NCBI GenBank assembly: GCA_963827655.1
Contig: CAWHCF010000026.1
Coordinates: forward strand, 274,708 to 338,707
Source: an uncultured Acidobacteriota bacterium
GTDB taxonomy: Bacteria; Acidobacteriota; UBA6911
Direction of reading: 5' to 3'
DNA length: 64,000 nt
The position numbers and the translations under genes are program-made. Each line of letters starts with the position of its first letter. Positions within the stretch are counted from its first letter, which is position 1. A model generated the notes under the pieces. That model was not told where the DNA came from. It worked only from the letters and a program-made list of their open reading frames with translations, and did not search any database. Below are positions 22,569-33,820 of this stretch, in pieces.

Positions 22569-24155
22569 GTGACGCACATTCGAAAGGTTTTTGGCGATTC
22601 ATTGCCTCTCCCCGTCTTCCGGGCGAACGTATCAAAACCGGCAAGACACGAATGCGCGGTGGGTCGCGGCGCTCTCAGCCGTCGAACTGGCCCGGCCTGC
22701 TCGAAACTTTGCCTGCTCATTATAGCTTGCTTTCTCTATTTCATGGGAAGAGCCCCATTCATGGGCCAGTGGGATAGCTTCGACTATCTGAAACAGATTG
22801 TCACTCATCAGTTTTCGGATTTGGGAATCGGACGCCCCGTTTTCATCGGATATAACATTATTCTCTGGGAGCTCGTGAGCAAAGTTTTCAGGCTTTCCGC
22901 GCTTGAGGTGGAGTCCGTAGTGGTCATCGAGATAGTTGTTCTCGGAGGCGCCGGAGTTTTGCTTTTCGATCGGCTGGCGCGCCGGATCCTGCCCGTTCGA
23001 GCCGCGCGGCTGGCGACCGTGGGCCTGCTTCTTTCGCCGGTTTATGCGCTCTACTCGGGTTACGTGATGACCGAGGTCCCCATGCTCGTGACGGCCATTG
23101 CCGCCGCGGCGATTCTCTGGGGAGCGGAGCCGGGCCCGCGCATTGGGCGCGAGGTGCTCGCCGGGCTGCTCTTTGGAATATCCGTCGGGATTCGAGAACA
23201 GGCCGTGACCCTGGCCGCGGCTTTCCTGTGGATACTCTGGGTGCGCCGTCTTGACTTCTCCTCCTGGGTACGCAGTTCACTGCGCTTCGGCGTCGCCTCC
23301 GTGCTGGTGATCGTGGCGCCTGCAGCTTTGTTCTATCTTTATGATCCTTCGAGATTCATGCAGCGAACCAGGGTCTGGCTCGGCATCCTTCCAACGGGCG
23401 AAGTCCACTTCTGGGAAAACGTCCAGGCAAGCCTGCTCTACACATTCGCAGTTTGTCCAGCCGCCTGGCTGGCGCTGCTGAGCGCGGGAATCTGGTATTT
23501 GTGGCGCCGGCTCCGCCGGGCCCGGAGACCGCTGGCGGCAGGCGGCGGACCGCCCTCCGCCGGCGACGCAGCGGGGATTCCGTCCCCCCTGCTTGGGTTC
23601 ATGTGCTGTCTGTTTATCCCCCTTGCGATTCTCTGGCGCGACGCCGACGTGCAGATACACCCTCGTTACTTGCTCGTCGTTCTACCGGCGTCGTTGATTC
23701 TTTGCGCCCGGCTCTATCACCGCTGGACGGGCACCACTCGGGCGGCCGTGCGATGGGCCGTCCTGCAGCTTGTTGTCTTCGGCATCGCCCAGGCCGGGAT
23801 GCAGCCGCTGCGGCAGCTCCAGGCGGAAAAGCGGGACTATGCGCAAATGGTAAGGTCTCTGGTTCCTGGAGAGGCGCTGTTGATTGCGGGAGGCTATAGC
23901 CCTATCCTGGACTACTATCGAGGGCTGCGAGACCGGCCCGGTTGGCGAATTCTCTGGTCTGGCTGGATATGGGACAGGGATAAAGCCGCTGCCGAGATTG
24001 CGCAGTCGTGGGCGCGCAATGAGCCGGTTTATCTGTGCGACGGACCGGCTGCCTGGCTCTATTTTGAGGATCAACGGCTGGACCTGTATTACATTTTGCG
24101 CGGCAGTCGAAGCGAGAAAGTAGCTCCTGGCCTGACTCGCGTCGAGCCAAGATGA
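22569..24155 (+). CDS. Polytopic membrane protein, GT-C (PMT/ArnT-like) glycosyltransferase candidate
   Basis: WDSFDY loop after the first TM, MTEVP, many TM segments, HPRYLL. Start codon uncertain. Confidence 0.6.
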   Translation: MTHIRKVFGDSLPLPVFRANVSKPARHECAVGRGALSRRTGPACSKLCLLIIACFLYFMGRAPFMGQWDSFDYLKQIVTHQFSDLGIGRPVFIGYNIILWELVSKVFRLSALEVESVVVIEIVVLGGAGVLLFDRLARRILPVRAARLATVGLLLSPVYALYSGYVMTEVPMLVTAIAAAAILWGAEPGPRIGREVLAGLLFGISVGIREQAVTLAAAFLWILWVRRLDFSSWVRSSLRFGVASVLVIVAPAALFYLYDPSRFMQRTRVWLGILPTGEVHFWENVQASLLYTFAVCPAAWLALLSAGIWYLWRRLRRARRPLAAGGGPPSAGDAAGIPSPLLGFMCCLFIPLAILWRDADVQIHPRYLLVVLPASLILCARLYHRWTGTTRAAVRWAVLQLVVFGIAQAGMQPLRQLQAEKRDYAQMVRSLVPGEALLIAGGYSPILDYYRGLRDRPGWRILWSGWIWDRDKAAAEIAQSWARNEPVYLCDGPAAWLYFEDQRLDLYYILRGSRSEKVAPGLTRVEPR

Positions 24156-24236
24156 GCGTTTCTTGCGTCTTCGCGTCTTGGTGGTATTTGTTCTGCAGCT
24201 CTAACCACGAAGACACGAAGACACGAAGAACATTCG

Positions 24237-26519
24237 ATGAGTAAACAGGAAGGATACCTGGTGAAGGGATTCCAACACTTCCTGCGACGGCTCGTGGGAG
24301 CCGGGCTTTATCTGATTCTGCTCACGCCCCTTCTGGTGTGGCATGGCTTCCTGTTCCCGCATTTGACGGCGAAAGTCCTTGCCTTCCAGGTCCTGGTCGA
24401 AATCGTCTGCGCCGCGGCTCTGGCCCTGGTGTTACTTCAGATTCGCCGGCCGGCTCGACCCACGAAGTGGCATGCTACAACGTCGTCGCTGACGATTGGC
24501 CTGGCTCTTTACCTGATCTACTCCGTGGTCAGTTCATTTTTCGGAATCGATCTCAGGCGAAGCCTCTGGGGTTTTGTAGACCGTCAGGATGGGCTGATCC
24601 TGTCGCTGCATTTTTTCGCATGGTTTGCCTTGCTGGTGTGGTTCTACTCGAACCCCAGGAATCTCTCTCCTGCGGAACCGCACGGGCATCCGGTCAAAGA
24701 CAAGGGCCATTCGCCGGACAGGGTCCATCCGCCGGGTTTGAAAGAGCCCAGGATCATTTCCTATGTGAAGTTTTCTTTCTGGGTGAGCTTTGCAGTCGCC
24801 GTGACCGCCCTGATGGAGTGGCTAAGCGTCAGGTACGCAGATAGCGTCCCTGTGCTCCTGCAGACACCGTTTCCGGAACGGCCCAGTGGAGTCCTTGGGA
24901 ATCCGATGGCGATCGGGCCCTATCTTCTGGTTCACTTTTTTTACGGCCTTTATTATCTCGTCGTCATTGCCCGTCGCGAGACGCCTCACCAACACGCTTC
25001 CAAGAACCAGCGCCGCTCTGGCGTCAAGCCTCGCTGGCGTCCGAGTTTCTTATCCATCCTGATTCTGGCGGCCGAGCTCGTCTTGCTCGTCGTCATCCTT
25101 CTGGGCCAGACTCGCGGCGTGATCTTCGCGCTCCTGGGCAGTCTCTTCACGGTAGCTGTCGTTTTCCTCTTCAAGGGAGAGGGAACACGCCGGCTCAAAT
25201 TCGCGGCTGTGATTCTCTGCCTGCTGGTACTCGCCGGTGGTTTGGCCGTCTGGAAGTTTCGCGAGACAGATGCCGTGAGAAAGATGCCCTTGCTGGAGAG
25301 ATTGACTCGCATTTCGATTACCGAGAATGAGAGCACCCGCATGCGTCTCATGGTGTGGCAGAGCACCGCGAAAGGCTTCCGGGACCATCCCCTCCAGGGG
25401 TGGGGGCACAACAACGTCTATTACGCCTTGAACCGGCACTATGATCCGAGACACGTAAGCTTTCAGCCGGACTTCGCGGAATCGAGAGCCACCTGGTACG
25501 ACAAATCTCACAATGCCTTGTTGGAGATGCTGGCTGAGAAGGGCTCTCTGGGAGCCCTCTTGTTCGTGGCAGTGGTGATTGCGGTTCTGATCAACTTATA
25601 CAAAGTGAGAGACAGCGCCCTGTGCCTGTGTCTGATCGGGGCTCTGTCGGCTTACGCTTTCAGCAACCTGGTCGCGTTCGACACTTTTGGCTCTCTGTTC
25701 GGGCTATACCTGTCCTTGGCTCTCCTGGCGGCGTCGACACACTCCAAGGAAGCAATAAATCCCGAGCCCAGGAAGAAGGCCGATAAGAAACCTCCGGGAG
25801 AGCTAGGTTTCGCCCGGCAGATAGGCATCGTGGCTATCTCGGCGGGGCTGGTGCTTGCGCTTTATGTGAATAGAGAAATTGCCGTCGCGAATGCGAGATC
25901 CTTTGAGGCGCACACTGTATTCGATCAGTCTCCGGCGAGTGGTGAAGCGCTCTATCAAGAGGCCTTCAAACATCTTTCACCCTACCTGCCGAGGGAAAAG
26001 CTCAACTACTGCTATCGTGTCGTCAACAGTCTTATCAACAAGAGACCGCTCGGGAATAACAGCCTGGAACAAGCTCTGCAGGGGGCGAGGGAAGCGGTGG
26101 CGGCGCATCCCTTCGATGTGGCGGGTTACATGATTCTCAACGAGGTGTACAACGGCCTGGGGCTGCACGTCGACAAGAAGTATCTCGATCAGGCCGAGGT
26201 GGCCGGCCGGAGGGCTCTCGAGCTCAGCCCGACGCGGCAGGAAGCGATCTTTTTCCTGGGCCGCACCTATATCTTGCGCAATGAGCCTCGCCGCGCGGTC
26301 GAGCTGAACGAAACGATGGTCAAGAGCTATCCCGATTTTGCCCTGGGTCACTGGTTTCTTGGCCTGTCTCTCATTGCGGACAATGCGCAGGAACGCGCGC
26401 GCGCCGAGATCAAGCAGGCTCTTCAGATGGGCTACAAGTTTCGCAATGACGAAGAACGCAACGTGGTGAAGCAATTATTTGGTGAGAAGGCTTTCAACGA
26501 GTTGATAAACCACCAATGA
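24237..26519 (+). CDS. O-antigen ligase (Wzy_C) family protein with C-terminal TPR region
   Basis: GVLGNP, QTRG, R...W......DHPLQGWG, KSHN..LE.LAE.G; TPR-like C-terminus. Confidence 0.85.
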   Translation: MSKQEGYLVKGFQHFLRRLVGAGLYLILLTPLLVWHGFLFPHLTAKVLAFQVLVEIVCAAALALVLLQIRRPARPTKWHATTSSLTIGLALYLIYSVVSSFFGIDLRRSLWGFVDRQDGLILSLHFFAWFALLVWFYSNPRNLSPAEPHGHPVKDKGHSPDRVHPPGLKEPRIISYVKFSFWVSFAVAVTALMEWLSVRYADSVPVLLQTPFPERPSGVLGNPMAIGPYLLVHFFYGLYYLVVIARRETPHQHASKNQRRSGVKPRWRPSFLSILILAAELVLLVVILLGQTRGVIFALLGSLFTVAVVFLFKGEGTRRLKFAAVILCLLVLAGGLAVWKFRETDAVRKMPLLERLTRISITENESTRMRLMVWQSTAKGFRDHPLQGWGHNNVYYALNRHYDPRHVSFQPDFAESRATWYDKSHNALLEMLAEKGSLGALLFVAVVIAVLINLYKVRDSALCLCLIGALSAYAFSNLVAFDTFGSLFGLYLSLALLAASTHSKEAINPEPRKKADKKPPGELGFARQIGIVAISAGLVLALYVNREIAVANARSFEAHTVFDQSPASGEALYQEAFKHLSPYLPREKLNYCYRVVNSLINKRPLGNNSLEQALQGAREAVAAHPFDVAGYMILNEVYNGLGLHVDKKYLDQAEVAGRRALELSPTRQEAIFFLGRTYILRNEPRRAVELNETMVKSYPDFALGHWFLGLSLIADNAQERARAEIKQALQMGYKFRNDEERNVVKQLFGEKAFNELINHQ

Positions 26520-26568
26520 ATGTAGTTTTGTTAGTATTTCTTCGTGTCTTTGTGTCTTAGAGGTATTT

Positions 26569-28005
26569 GTGGAATCGTCCGAAGTCAGCACGCTAATACG
26601 CCGGAAAGAGAGTCTAGCCTCGACTGAGCTAGACCTCTCGCGCCATCTCTTCCTGGTAGTCCTGGGGGACTGCGTCGTCGTGCTTGCGGCGTATGTTGTG
26701 GCATTTCAGTTGCGCTCTTTGGTTCCGATCCCGTTCACGAACGAACTGCTCCCATCCGAGCGCTTCTTGCAGGTGAGGCACTACTGGTGGCTCATCCTCG
26801 CCCTTCAGCCCGCGCTTCTCTTTCTCCTCGACACTTACCATGAGATTCGTCTCAAGAGCCTTCGGGAGTTCATCCAATCGATAGGCGCCGCCAGCGGGAT
26901 TCAGGTTTTGATCTTGATCGCGGTCTATTTCTTCAGCGGGAACCTGACGTTCCCGCGAACCATCTTTCCGATTTACTGGATGTTGAACTGGGCCGGCCTT
27001 GTGGTCTGGCGGCTGGCGGTCAAACGAACGGCGAGCCAGAGGAAACGGCGGGCGTTGATTGTCGGAACGGGACCACTTGCAGAGCAACTGATAGCAGAGT
27101 TAGAACGGACGCCCGAGATCGGGCTTGAGGTGGCAGGGATCGTATCGGATCGAGTAGGCAAAGGAGAATTCGTGGACCGGTACGAGGTTCTCGGAAGAAA
27201 CGAGGATGTCCCCGACCTGATCCGCTTGCATGAAATCGAGCAGATCATACTGACGCCGGAAGAAACCACCTGGAGAGACCGCCTGGTGCACTCGATCAGC
27301 CGGCTCGGGGCATCCCGGGTGAGCGTCAGCATAGTGCCTTCGGTTTACGAGATCCTGATCGGACGCATCAAACACTTCAACATTCGGGACATTCCACTCA
27401 TCGAGATGGTCGAGAAACCCAACGATCCGGTTGCCGCCTTTTTGCGCAGATCCCGCGACCTGGTCTTTTCGATCATGTTTATCCTGATTCTCATACCGTT
27501 GTGGGCGGTGGTCGCCGTGGCCATCAAGCTGTCGGACGGCGGTTCCGTGCTCTACGGTCAGAACCGGGTAGGGAAGGGAGGAAAGCTTTTTCGCCTGTAT
27601 AAATTTCGAACCATGCTGCAAGGATCCGAGGATGAAACCGGACCGGTCCTGGCGAAGGCGGATGATCCGCGTCTGACTCGATTGGGGCGATTCTTGCGCG
27701 GCTACCGGATTGATGAGACCGTCCAGCTGGTTAACGTGTTCAAAGGTGACATGAGTCTGGTAGGGCCGAGACCCGACCGGCCGGAGTTTGTGTCGCGCTT
27801 CGCCACGGAAATCCACGGATACGACGAAAGGCACAAAGTGAAACCGGGAATCACGGGCCTGGCCCAGATCCGCGGTTATTATCATACCGACCCCGCGATC
27901 AAGCTGAAGTACGACCTGGCCTATATCTATAACTACTCCTTTTTTCTGGACTTGATTATTCTGCTTGAGACATTCAGGATCGTGGTGCGGAGGCGTGGAG
28001 TCTAG
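26569..28005 (+). CDS. Polyprenyl-phosphate sugar-1-phosphate transferase (WbaP/WcaJ type)
   Basis: YKFRTM, DPRLTRLGRFLR, MSLVGPRP, KPGITGLAQ. Confidence 0.93.
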   Translation: MESSEVSTLIRRKESLASTELDLSRHLFLVVLGDCVVVLAAYVVAFQLRSLVPIPFTNELLPSERFLQVRHYWWLILALQPALLFLLDTYHEIRLKSLREFIQSIGAASGIQVLILIAVYFFSGNLTFPRTIFPIYWMLNWAGLVVWRLAVKRTASQRKRRALIVGTGPLAEQLIAELERTPEIGLEVAGIVSDRVGKGEFVDRYEVLGRNEDVPDLIRLHEIEQIILTPEETTWRDRLVHSISRLGASRVSVSIVPSVYEILIGRIKHFNIRDIPLIEMVEKPNDPVAAFLRRSRDLVFSIMFILILIPLWAVVAVAIKLSDGGSVLYGQNRVGKGGKLFRLYKFRTMLQGSEDETGPVLAKADDPRLTRLGRFLRGYRIDETVQLVNVFKGDMSLVGPRPDRPEFVSRFATEIHGYDERHKVKPGITGLAQIRGYYHTDPAIKLKYDLAYIYNYSFFLDLIILLETFRIVVRRRGV

Positions 28006-28022
28006 ATTCTTGGTGTTTCTTC

Positions 28023-29216
28023 GTGTCTTCGTGTCTTCGTGGTATTTGTTTCGTGCTCATCGGGATCGACGTAACCTCGGCGTTAGCCAGCCAGACCGGC
28101 GTTGGAGTCTGCGTCCGCGAGCTGGTCCACGCGATGCTCTCGAGTTCGAATGGCGGCAACACTTTCCGGCTGTGCGCGGTCTCCGCGCGCCGTGATTCGT
28201 TGCCGCGCCTGCGCCGCGCGTTTCCAAACGAACAGGTGAAGTTCAAGGTCCGGCGTCTTCCGATGCGACTGGCCCAGCCGCTTGCAGATTTCGCACCGCT
28301 GCTGAGCCTCGAGGCGATGTTCGGGTCCATGGACGTGTTTCACGCCAACCACCTCATGGTTCCCGCTCCGCGCCGGACTGCGACGTTGATGAGCGTCTAC
28401 GATCTGACGCCGCTCCGTTTCCCTGAGTTTCACCTCGCCAGCAATCGGTTCACGGCGCGCCAGCTGCGGCGCTGGACCGACCGGGCCGACCGTGTGATCG
28501 TGAATTCCCGGGCGACATCGCAAGACCTCCAGGATCTCGCCGGAGTCGACGCGACCCGGATCCGGGTCGTTCCTCTCGGGGTGCGAGCCTGTTTTCGTAA
28601 GCTCCCGGTGGAAGAAGATGCCGGCGGACTTCTGCGCGAGCTCGGGCTCGATCGGGACTATATTCTGGCGGTCGGCGCGCTGGAACCGCGCAAGAACCTG
28701 CCCCGCCTTCTCAGAGCCTTCCATATCCTGCGGGAGAATTACCGGATTCCCCACGTGCTCGCGCTGGCAGGTCCCAAGGGGTGGAATTCAGACGGAATTC
28801 TGGAGGCAATCCGGGAACTCAGGCTCGAGCAAGCGGTCCGGGTCACCGGATTCGTCGAGGACCGGACTCTGAACATTCTCTACAACCGGGCCTCCGTCCT
28901 CGTCTACCCTACTCTGTACGAGGGGTTCGGACTTCCTCCGCTGGAAGCCATGGCGGCGGGTTGCCCGGTCGCCGTCTCGAACTCGAGCTCAATACCCGAG
29001 GTGGTGGGCGATGCGGGCCTGTATTTTGATCCGGAGAAGCCGGACGAGATCGCCTCGGCGGTCTATCGGATCCTGGACTCGCCCGAGCTTCGGCGCAGGC
29101 TCGTGCAGTCGGGCCTGCAGCGGGCGCAGGATTTCGCGTGGCAGAAATCGGCGGAACGTGTGCTGGCAGTGTACGGTGAAGCCCGCGAGGAAAAGAGCCG
29201 GCGCGCAATACCATGA
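28023..29216 (+). CDS. Glycosyltransferase family 4
   Basis: [21 protein letters not shown]. True start probably about 28053. Confidence 0.92.
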   Translation: MSSCLRGICFVLIGIDVTSALASQTGVGVCVRELVHAMLSSSNGGNTFRLCAVSARRDSLPRLRRAFPNEQVKFKVRRLPMRLAQPLADFAPLLSLEAMFGSMDVFHANHLMVPAPRRTATLMSVYDLTPLRFPEFHLASNRFTARQLRRWTDRADRVIVNSRATSQDLQDLAGVDATRIRVVPLGVRACFRKLPVEEDAGGLLRELGLDRDYILAVGALEPRKNLPRLLRAFHILRENYRIPHVLALAGPKGWNSDGILEAIRELRLEQAVRVTGFVEDRTLNILYNRASVLVYPTLYEGFGLPPLEAMAAGCPVAVSNSSSIPEVVGDAGLYFDPEKPDEIASAVYRILDSPELRRRLVQSGLQRAQDFAWQKSAERVLAVYGEAREEKSRRAIP

Positions 29217-30108
29217 GCTCGCGAGCAGCTAACGCATCCAGGCGAGAGGTGATTATCGAGCGCCGCTCGGTCTCGGCGCCTTTCGACAGCATCCTCAGGA
29301 ATCTGAATCCGCTCGCCCTGGCGCGCAACCTCTGGACGCACCGTGACCTGGTCCGGCAGTTCACCGGCCGGGAGATCGCCGGCCGGTACAAGGGTTCTTT
29401 CTTCGGTTTGTTCTGGTCGTTCTTTCACCCGCTTGTTCTTCTCCTGACTTACACGTTCGTGTTCGGTCTCGTGTTCCGCGCCCGCTGGGGCGAACGCGGC
29501 TCCAGTTCTCTCGGAGAATTTTCGCTGGTGCTGTTCAGCGGACTGATCGCCTTCAACATTTTCAGCGAGTCTGTGAACCGGTCGGCCGGCCTCATTCCCA
29601 CGGTGCCCAATTATGTGAAGAAGGTAGTTTTCCCGCTCGAGATCCTTCCGGTGAGCGTTCTCGGCTCGGCTCTTTTTCACGCGCTGGTGAGCCTGGCGAT
29701 TCTGCTGGGCGCCAGCCTCGCGTTCGGACCCGGGCTTCAGTGGACATTGATTTTGCTGCCGGTCGTAGCCCTGCCCCTCCTTTTCCTGACCCTGGGGCTG
29801 AGCTGGTTTCTCGCCGCGCTCGGGGTTTACGTTCGAGATGTTCACTACACGGTGACTCTGGCCGTTCAGGTGTTTTTCTTCCTGACTCCGATCTTTTATC
29901 CTTTAGAAGCCGTGCCTGAGGGCTTTCGAAGGCTTGTCGGACTGAATCCTTGAGTCCGGTGGTCGAAGATTTCAGGCGGGTAATTCTGTGGGGAACCCTG
30001 CCGGAGTGGAGGTGGTTTGGCGCCTGGCTCGCCGCCACGGCGGTCGTGATGCTTCTCGGATATGCCTGGTTCATGAAGACGAAAAAGGGCTTTGCGGATG
30101 TCATCTAG
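29213..30108 (+). CDS. wzm: Polysaccharide ABC exporter permease; frameshift near 29950
   Basis: RYKGSFFG..WS..HP, YVKKVVFP, TPIFYP, LNP; the C-terminus ...FMKTKKGFADVI* lies in another frame ending at 30108. Confidence 0.88.
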
Positions 30109-30144
30109 GCCCCGAATCCCCGTCGTGTTATATTCCTGACCCAG

Positions 30145-31617
30145 ATGATCGATCAAACGGCGGATATGACGCAGCCGGCGCCGGCCTCGGGGCTTGCCCG
30201 GGACGTGGCAGTCCGCGCCAGCGACCTCGGCAAGATGTACCGGATCTACGACCGGCCGGAAGATCGTCTGAAGCAGATGCTTCTTTGCCGTCTCGGACGA
30301 AGCTACGGGCACGAGTTCTGGGGTCTGCGCCACGTCAGCTTCGAGGTTCGCCGCGGAGAGCGGTTCGGGATTATCGGGAAAAACGGGGCCGGCAAGAGCA
30401 CGCTTCTCCAGATCATCGCCGGTACGGTCGCGCCCTCCGAGGGCGAGGTTCGGCTGCGCGGGCGCGTCTCCGCCTTGCTCGAGCTGGGTAGCGGATTCAA
30501 CCCGGAGTTCACCGGGCGGGAGAATGTGTTTCTCAATGGCTCGATCCTCGGAGTGCCGCGCAGCGAGATGGAAGCCCGCTTCGACGACATTGCCGCCTTT
30601 GCGGATATCGGCGATTTCATCGACCAGCCGGTGAAGCTCTACTCGAGCGGGATGTTCGTGCGCCTGGCGTTCGCGGTGACCACGAGCGTGGATGCGGATA
30701 TCCTGGTCATCGACGAGGCGCTGGCGGTTGGGGACATCTTCTTCCGCCAGAAGTGTTACAAGAGACTGGAGGAGCTGGTCGAGCGCGGCGTCTCGATCAT
30801 CCTGGTGAGCCATGCGATGACGGAGGTGGAGCAGTTCTGCCAGCGCGCCCTCCTGCTCGATCAGGGCGCGCCGTTGCTTGTCGGTTCGGCTTCTGAAGCC
30901 GTAAAGCGCTATTACCTGCTCGAGCAGCAGGACCGTTCGGTTCCTGCGCCGAAGGCGGGTGCTGCAAGCTCAAACTCCCCGGAGAGGTTGTCGGAGGGGC
31001 CGGAGCCTTTCTTCCGGCCTTCGCCGGAAAGCTTTCTCGACATCAGCCAGGTTACGCAGGTGAGCAATGGCTGGGCCCGATGCACGGGTGTTGCGCTCTG
31101 CAACACGCGGGACGAGCCCTGCGCGGTCTTCGAGCAGGGCGAAACGGCGCGGTTTTTTTACGAGTTCGAGTTGCTCAAGGACATTGACGTGCCCATAGGC
31201 GGCATCGTCCTTCAAAACGACAAAGGTGTCATCGTCCATGGCAAGAGCACGCTCGAATACGGCTCTGAAGCGCCCAATTCGGTCAGGCATGGAAGCCGCC
31301 TCTTGTTTCGACAGGATATATGCCTGGAACTGGGCATCGGCGACTATACCTTCGAGGTCGGATTGGCAACAGTATCGCCGGCGGTCTATGAACGCCGGCA
31401 TCTCCGCACCTGGCCGGAGTTGAGCTCGGCCATCGAACGGATCTGCCATTTGCCCGGCGTTGGTCAACTCGCGGTCATTTTCCGAACGGCTGCCGGTCCA
31501 ACTCAGCTGATGCATCACGGCGTCGCCAACCTTCCGGGGAATTGTCATCTATTCGTAAGAGCCCCGGAGGTTGAGCTGGAGAGTACAAGGCATCTTGGTG
31601 TTTCTTCGCGTCTTTGA
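30145..31617 (+). CDS. wzt: Polysaccharide ABC exporter ATPase with C-terminal Wzt carbohydrate-binding domain
   Basis: GKNGAGKST, YSSGMFVRLAF, IDEALAVGD, plus an Ig-like C-terminal extension. Confidence 0.92.
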   Translation: MIDQTADMTQPAPASGLARDVAVRASDLGKMYRIYDRPEDRLKQMLLCRLGRSYGHEFWGLRHVSFEVRRGERFGIIGKNGAGKSTLLQIIAGTVAPSEGEVRLRGRVSALLELGSGFNPEFTGRENVFLNGSILGVPRSEMEARFDDIAAFADIGDFIDQPVKLYSSGMFVRLAFAVTTSVDADILVIDEALAVGDIFFRQKCYKRLEELVERGVSIILVSHAMTEVEQFCQRALLLDQGAPLLVGSASEAVKRYYLLEQQDRSVPAPKAGAASSNSPERLSEGPEPFFRPSPESFLDISQVTQVSNGWARCTGVALCNTRDEPCAVFEQGETARFFYEFELLKDIDVPIGGIVLQNDKGVIVHGKSTLEYGSEAPNSVRHGSRLLFRQDICLELGIGDYTFEVGLATVSPAVYERRHLRTWPELSSAIERICHLPGVGQLAVIFRTAAGPTQLMHHGVANLPGNCHLFVRAPEVELESTRHLGVSSRL

Positions 31618-32547
31618 GTCTTGGTGGTATTTTGAGCCTTTCAGATCGGCTTCCCCGAATTACGGTAATCACTCCCAGCCTCAATCAGGGTGAGTTCATC
31701 CGGCAGACCGTTGATAGTGTCGTCTCCCAGGGCTACCCGGAGCTCGACTACTGGGTAATTGATGGTGGATCCAGCGACGGCACGCTCTCGATTCTCCGGT
31801 CTTATCAGAACGCGCTCCGTTACATCTCGGAGCCCGATGCGGGCCAGGCGGAAGCCGTTAACAAGGGGTTTCATCGGGCGACCGGGGACGTGATCGGCTG
31901 GCTGAATTCCGATGACATGTATCTTCCCGGCGCGCTGGAGACAGTAGGGATTTTCTTCCGCGACCACCCGGATACCGCCGTGCTATACGGGGACGCGTAC
32001 TACTGTGATGATTCCGGAAAGATTCTGGAGCCGTATCCGACCCGGGACTTCGACTGGGAAAGCTTTTCGAGCGAATGCTACGTTTGCCAGCCCTCCGTCT
32101 TTTTTCGCCGGCGAGTCCTTGAGGATGTGGGCGTGCTCGAATCCAGCGCTTCATTTCTCAATGGATTACGATTTCTGGATCAGGGTCTTTCGATTACACC
32201 CTCCGCGGCGCATCCGTCAATTTCTGTCGGTTTCGAGGATGTACTCGCGCAACAAGACATTGTCAAACCGCCCGGCAGGTCTGGCGGAGACCATCCGGGT
32301 AGTTCGACATCATTACGGCCGCGTACCGTATAAATGGGCCTTCGCCTACGCAAGTCATCTCAGGCACGGGAACGACCAGTACTATGACAGACGGGCTCCC
32401 ACGGTCGCCGATAGCCTGTCGGCCCTGCTCTGGCTGGCCTGGTTTAATCGAGCGAACCCTCGGTATTTCATCCAGTGCCTTGCGGAGAGGTTTCAGGCTC
32501 TGCGCTCCGTGGCCGCCCTGAAGCACTCGATTAATGAGCGATCCTAG
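31614..32547 (+). CDS. Glycosyltransferase family 2; frameshift near 32150
   Basis: ITPSLNQG, DGGSSD, LNSDD, CQPS, continuing as MDYDFW in ORF 32005..32547. Confidence 0.85.
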
Positions 32548-32554
32548 GAGACTT

Positions 32555-32890
32555 TGGAGTGCGGTAGCTTGCTTCGCCTGGAATTGCGACGGCCAGAAGA
32601 GACTGTCGCAAAAGTCAGCTCTACCCTGAATGCGGCTAGACACTTTCCCACGAAGTCTGTGAGCAAACAGCCGCAAGGCCCGTAGGGCCGACAGTGCGTA
32701 GCCCCCTCCGGGAATGGGCTCACTGAGCGCCGACAGGTGCGGCACGGTCGGAGTGCCGGTCCTCGGACCTCGGACTCGGGTCTGCCAGCTTCGCCTTGAC
32801 GGCGGGGCTATTCACTGCCGGGCCTTCGGCCCTGGTTAACTGCACCAGTATCCGTGCCTGCAAATGTCCAAGTCCAGGCGCCGCGCCATG
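32555..32890. repeat. REP/BIME-like composite repeat inside the polysaccharide locus
   Basis: GGAGTGCGGTAGCTTGC, GAGACTGTCGCAAAA, GACACTTTCC and a diverged copy of ~127-360. Confidence 0.7.
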
Positions 32891-32974
32891 ACGCTCGGGA
32901 ACGCTTGAGCGGAGTAGGAATTGGTTGAGGCCCGCAAAAGCCGGCAGCGGGGACATTTACTCTCGGTCTAATAA

Positions 32975-33820
32975 GTGCAAAATCTCTCGATGAAACAAGT
33001 GCTCCTCGCACCCAGTGACGTAGCCGCCGGCTACGAGAAAATGAGCGAAGTTTATCCCTGCATTCCCCCCTTGATTGTCTGGCGGGCGTGGGAGCTTGCC
33101 GCCTATAAGCGATACTCTCTGCGCGAGCCCATCCTTGATCTGGGATGCGGTGACGGTCAGTTCTTTCGTCAATCGTGGCCCGACTTGCGCGACGTCGTTG
33201 GAGTCGACATCAACCCGGGGACGGCGGATCTGGCCCGCCGGTCCGGAATTTATCGTGAAGTGTATGCTTCCCCGGGACATGAGTTACCTCTTGGCGCGGC
33301 GAGTTTTTCCTCGGCATTTGCCAATTGCTCCCTGGAACATATGGACCGTTTGCCGGATGTTTTAGCTGAGATCTCACGTACCCTTCGTCCGGAAAGTTAT
33401 TTTCTCCTCAGCGTCGTCACTGATAAGTTCCTGAAATGGGCTACATTGCCGCTCATGATCAGCGAGATGGGAGACCCGAAATGGGCGGAATCTCTTCAGA
33501 CCGGTTATGAGGCGTATCACCACCTTGCCAATCCTCTCCCGCTGGAAACCTGGACCGAGCGCCTGGAAGGGGCCGGCTTCCAGGTTCTCGAGCATGTTCC
33601 GATCCTGCCGGAGATGACGAGCCGGGTCTTCCTGTTTCTTGATCACCTGTGGCACATTCCGAACTCTTCGGGAGAGATCGGCAACATTCTTTACCCCTAT
33701 TTCCAGTCCCTGAGTCATTTCTCTGATGTCTTCCAACGAATCATGAACGAGATCTTGCAGCTCGAACGCGACTGGACGGTCGGAAGCGGAGCGGTTTTCC
33801 TGGCATGCAAAGCCAAGTAA
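32975..33820 (+). CDS. Class I SAM-dependent methyltransferase
   Basis: LDLGCGDG, GVD, NCSLEH, RTLRP. Confidence 0.85.
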   Translation: MQNLSMKQVLLAPSDVAAGYEKMSEVYPCIPPLIVWRAWELAAYKRYSLREPILDLGCGDGQFFRQSWPDLRDVVGVDINPGTADLARRSGIYREVYASPGHELPLGAASFSSAFANCSLEHMDRLPDVLAEISRTLRPESYFLLSVVTDKFLKWATLPLMISEMGDPKWAESLQTGYEAYHHLANPLPLETWTERLEGAGFQVLEHVPILPEMTSRVFLFLDHLWHIPNSSGEIGNILYPYFQSLSHFSDVFQRIMNEILQLERDWTVGSGAVFLACKAK

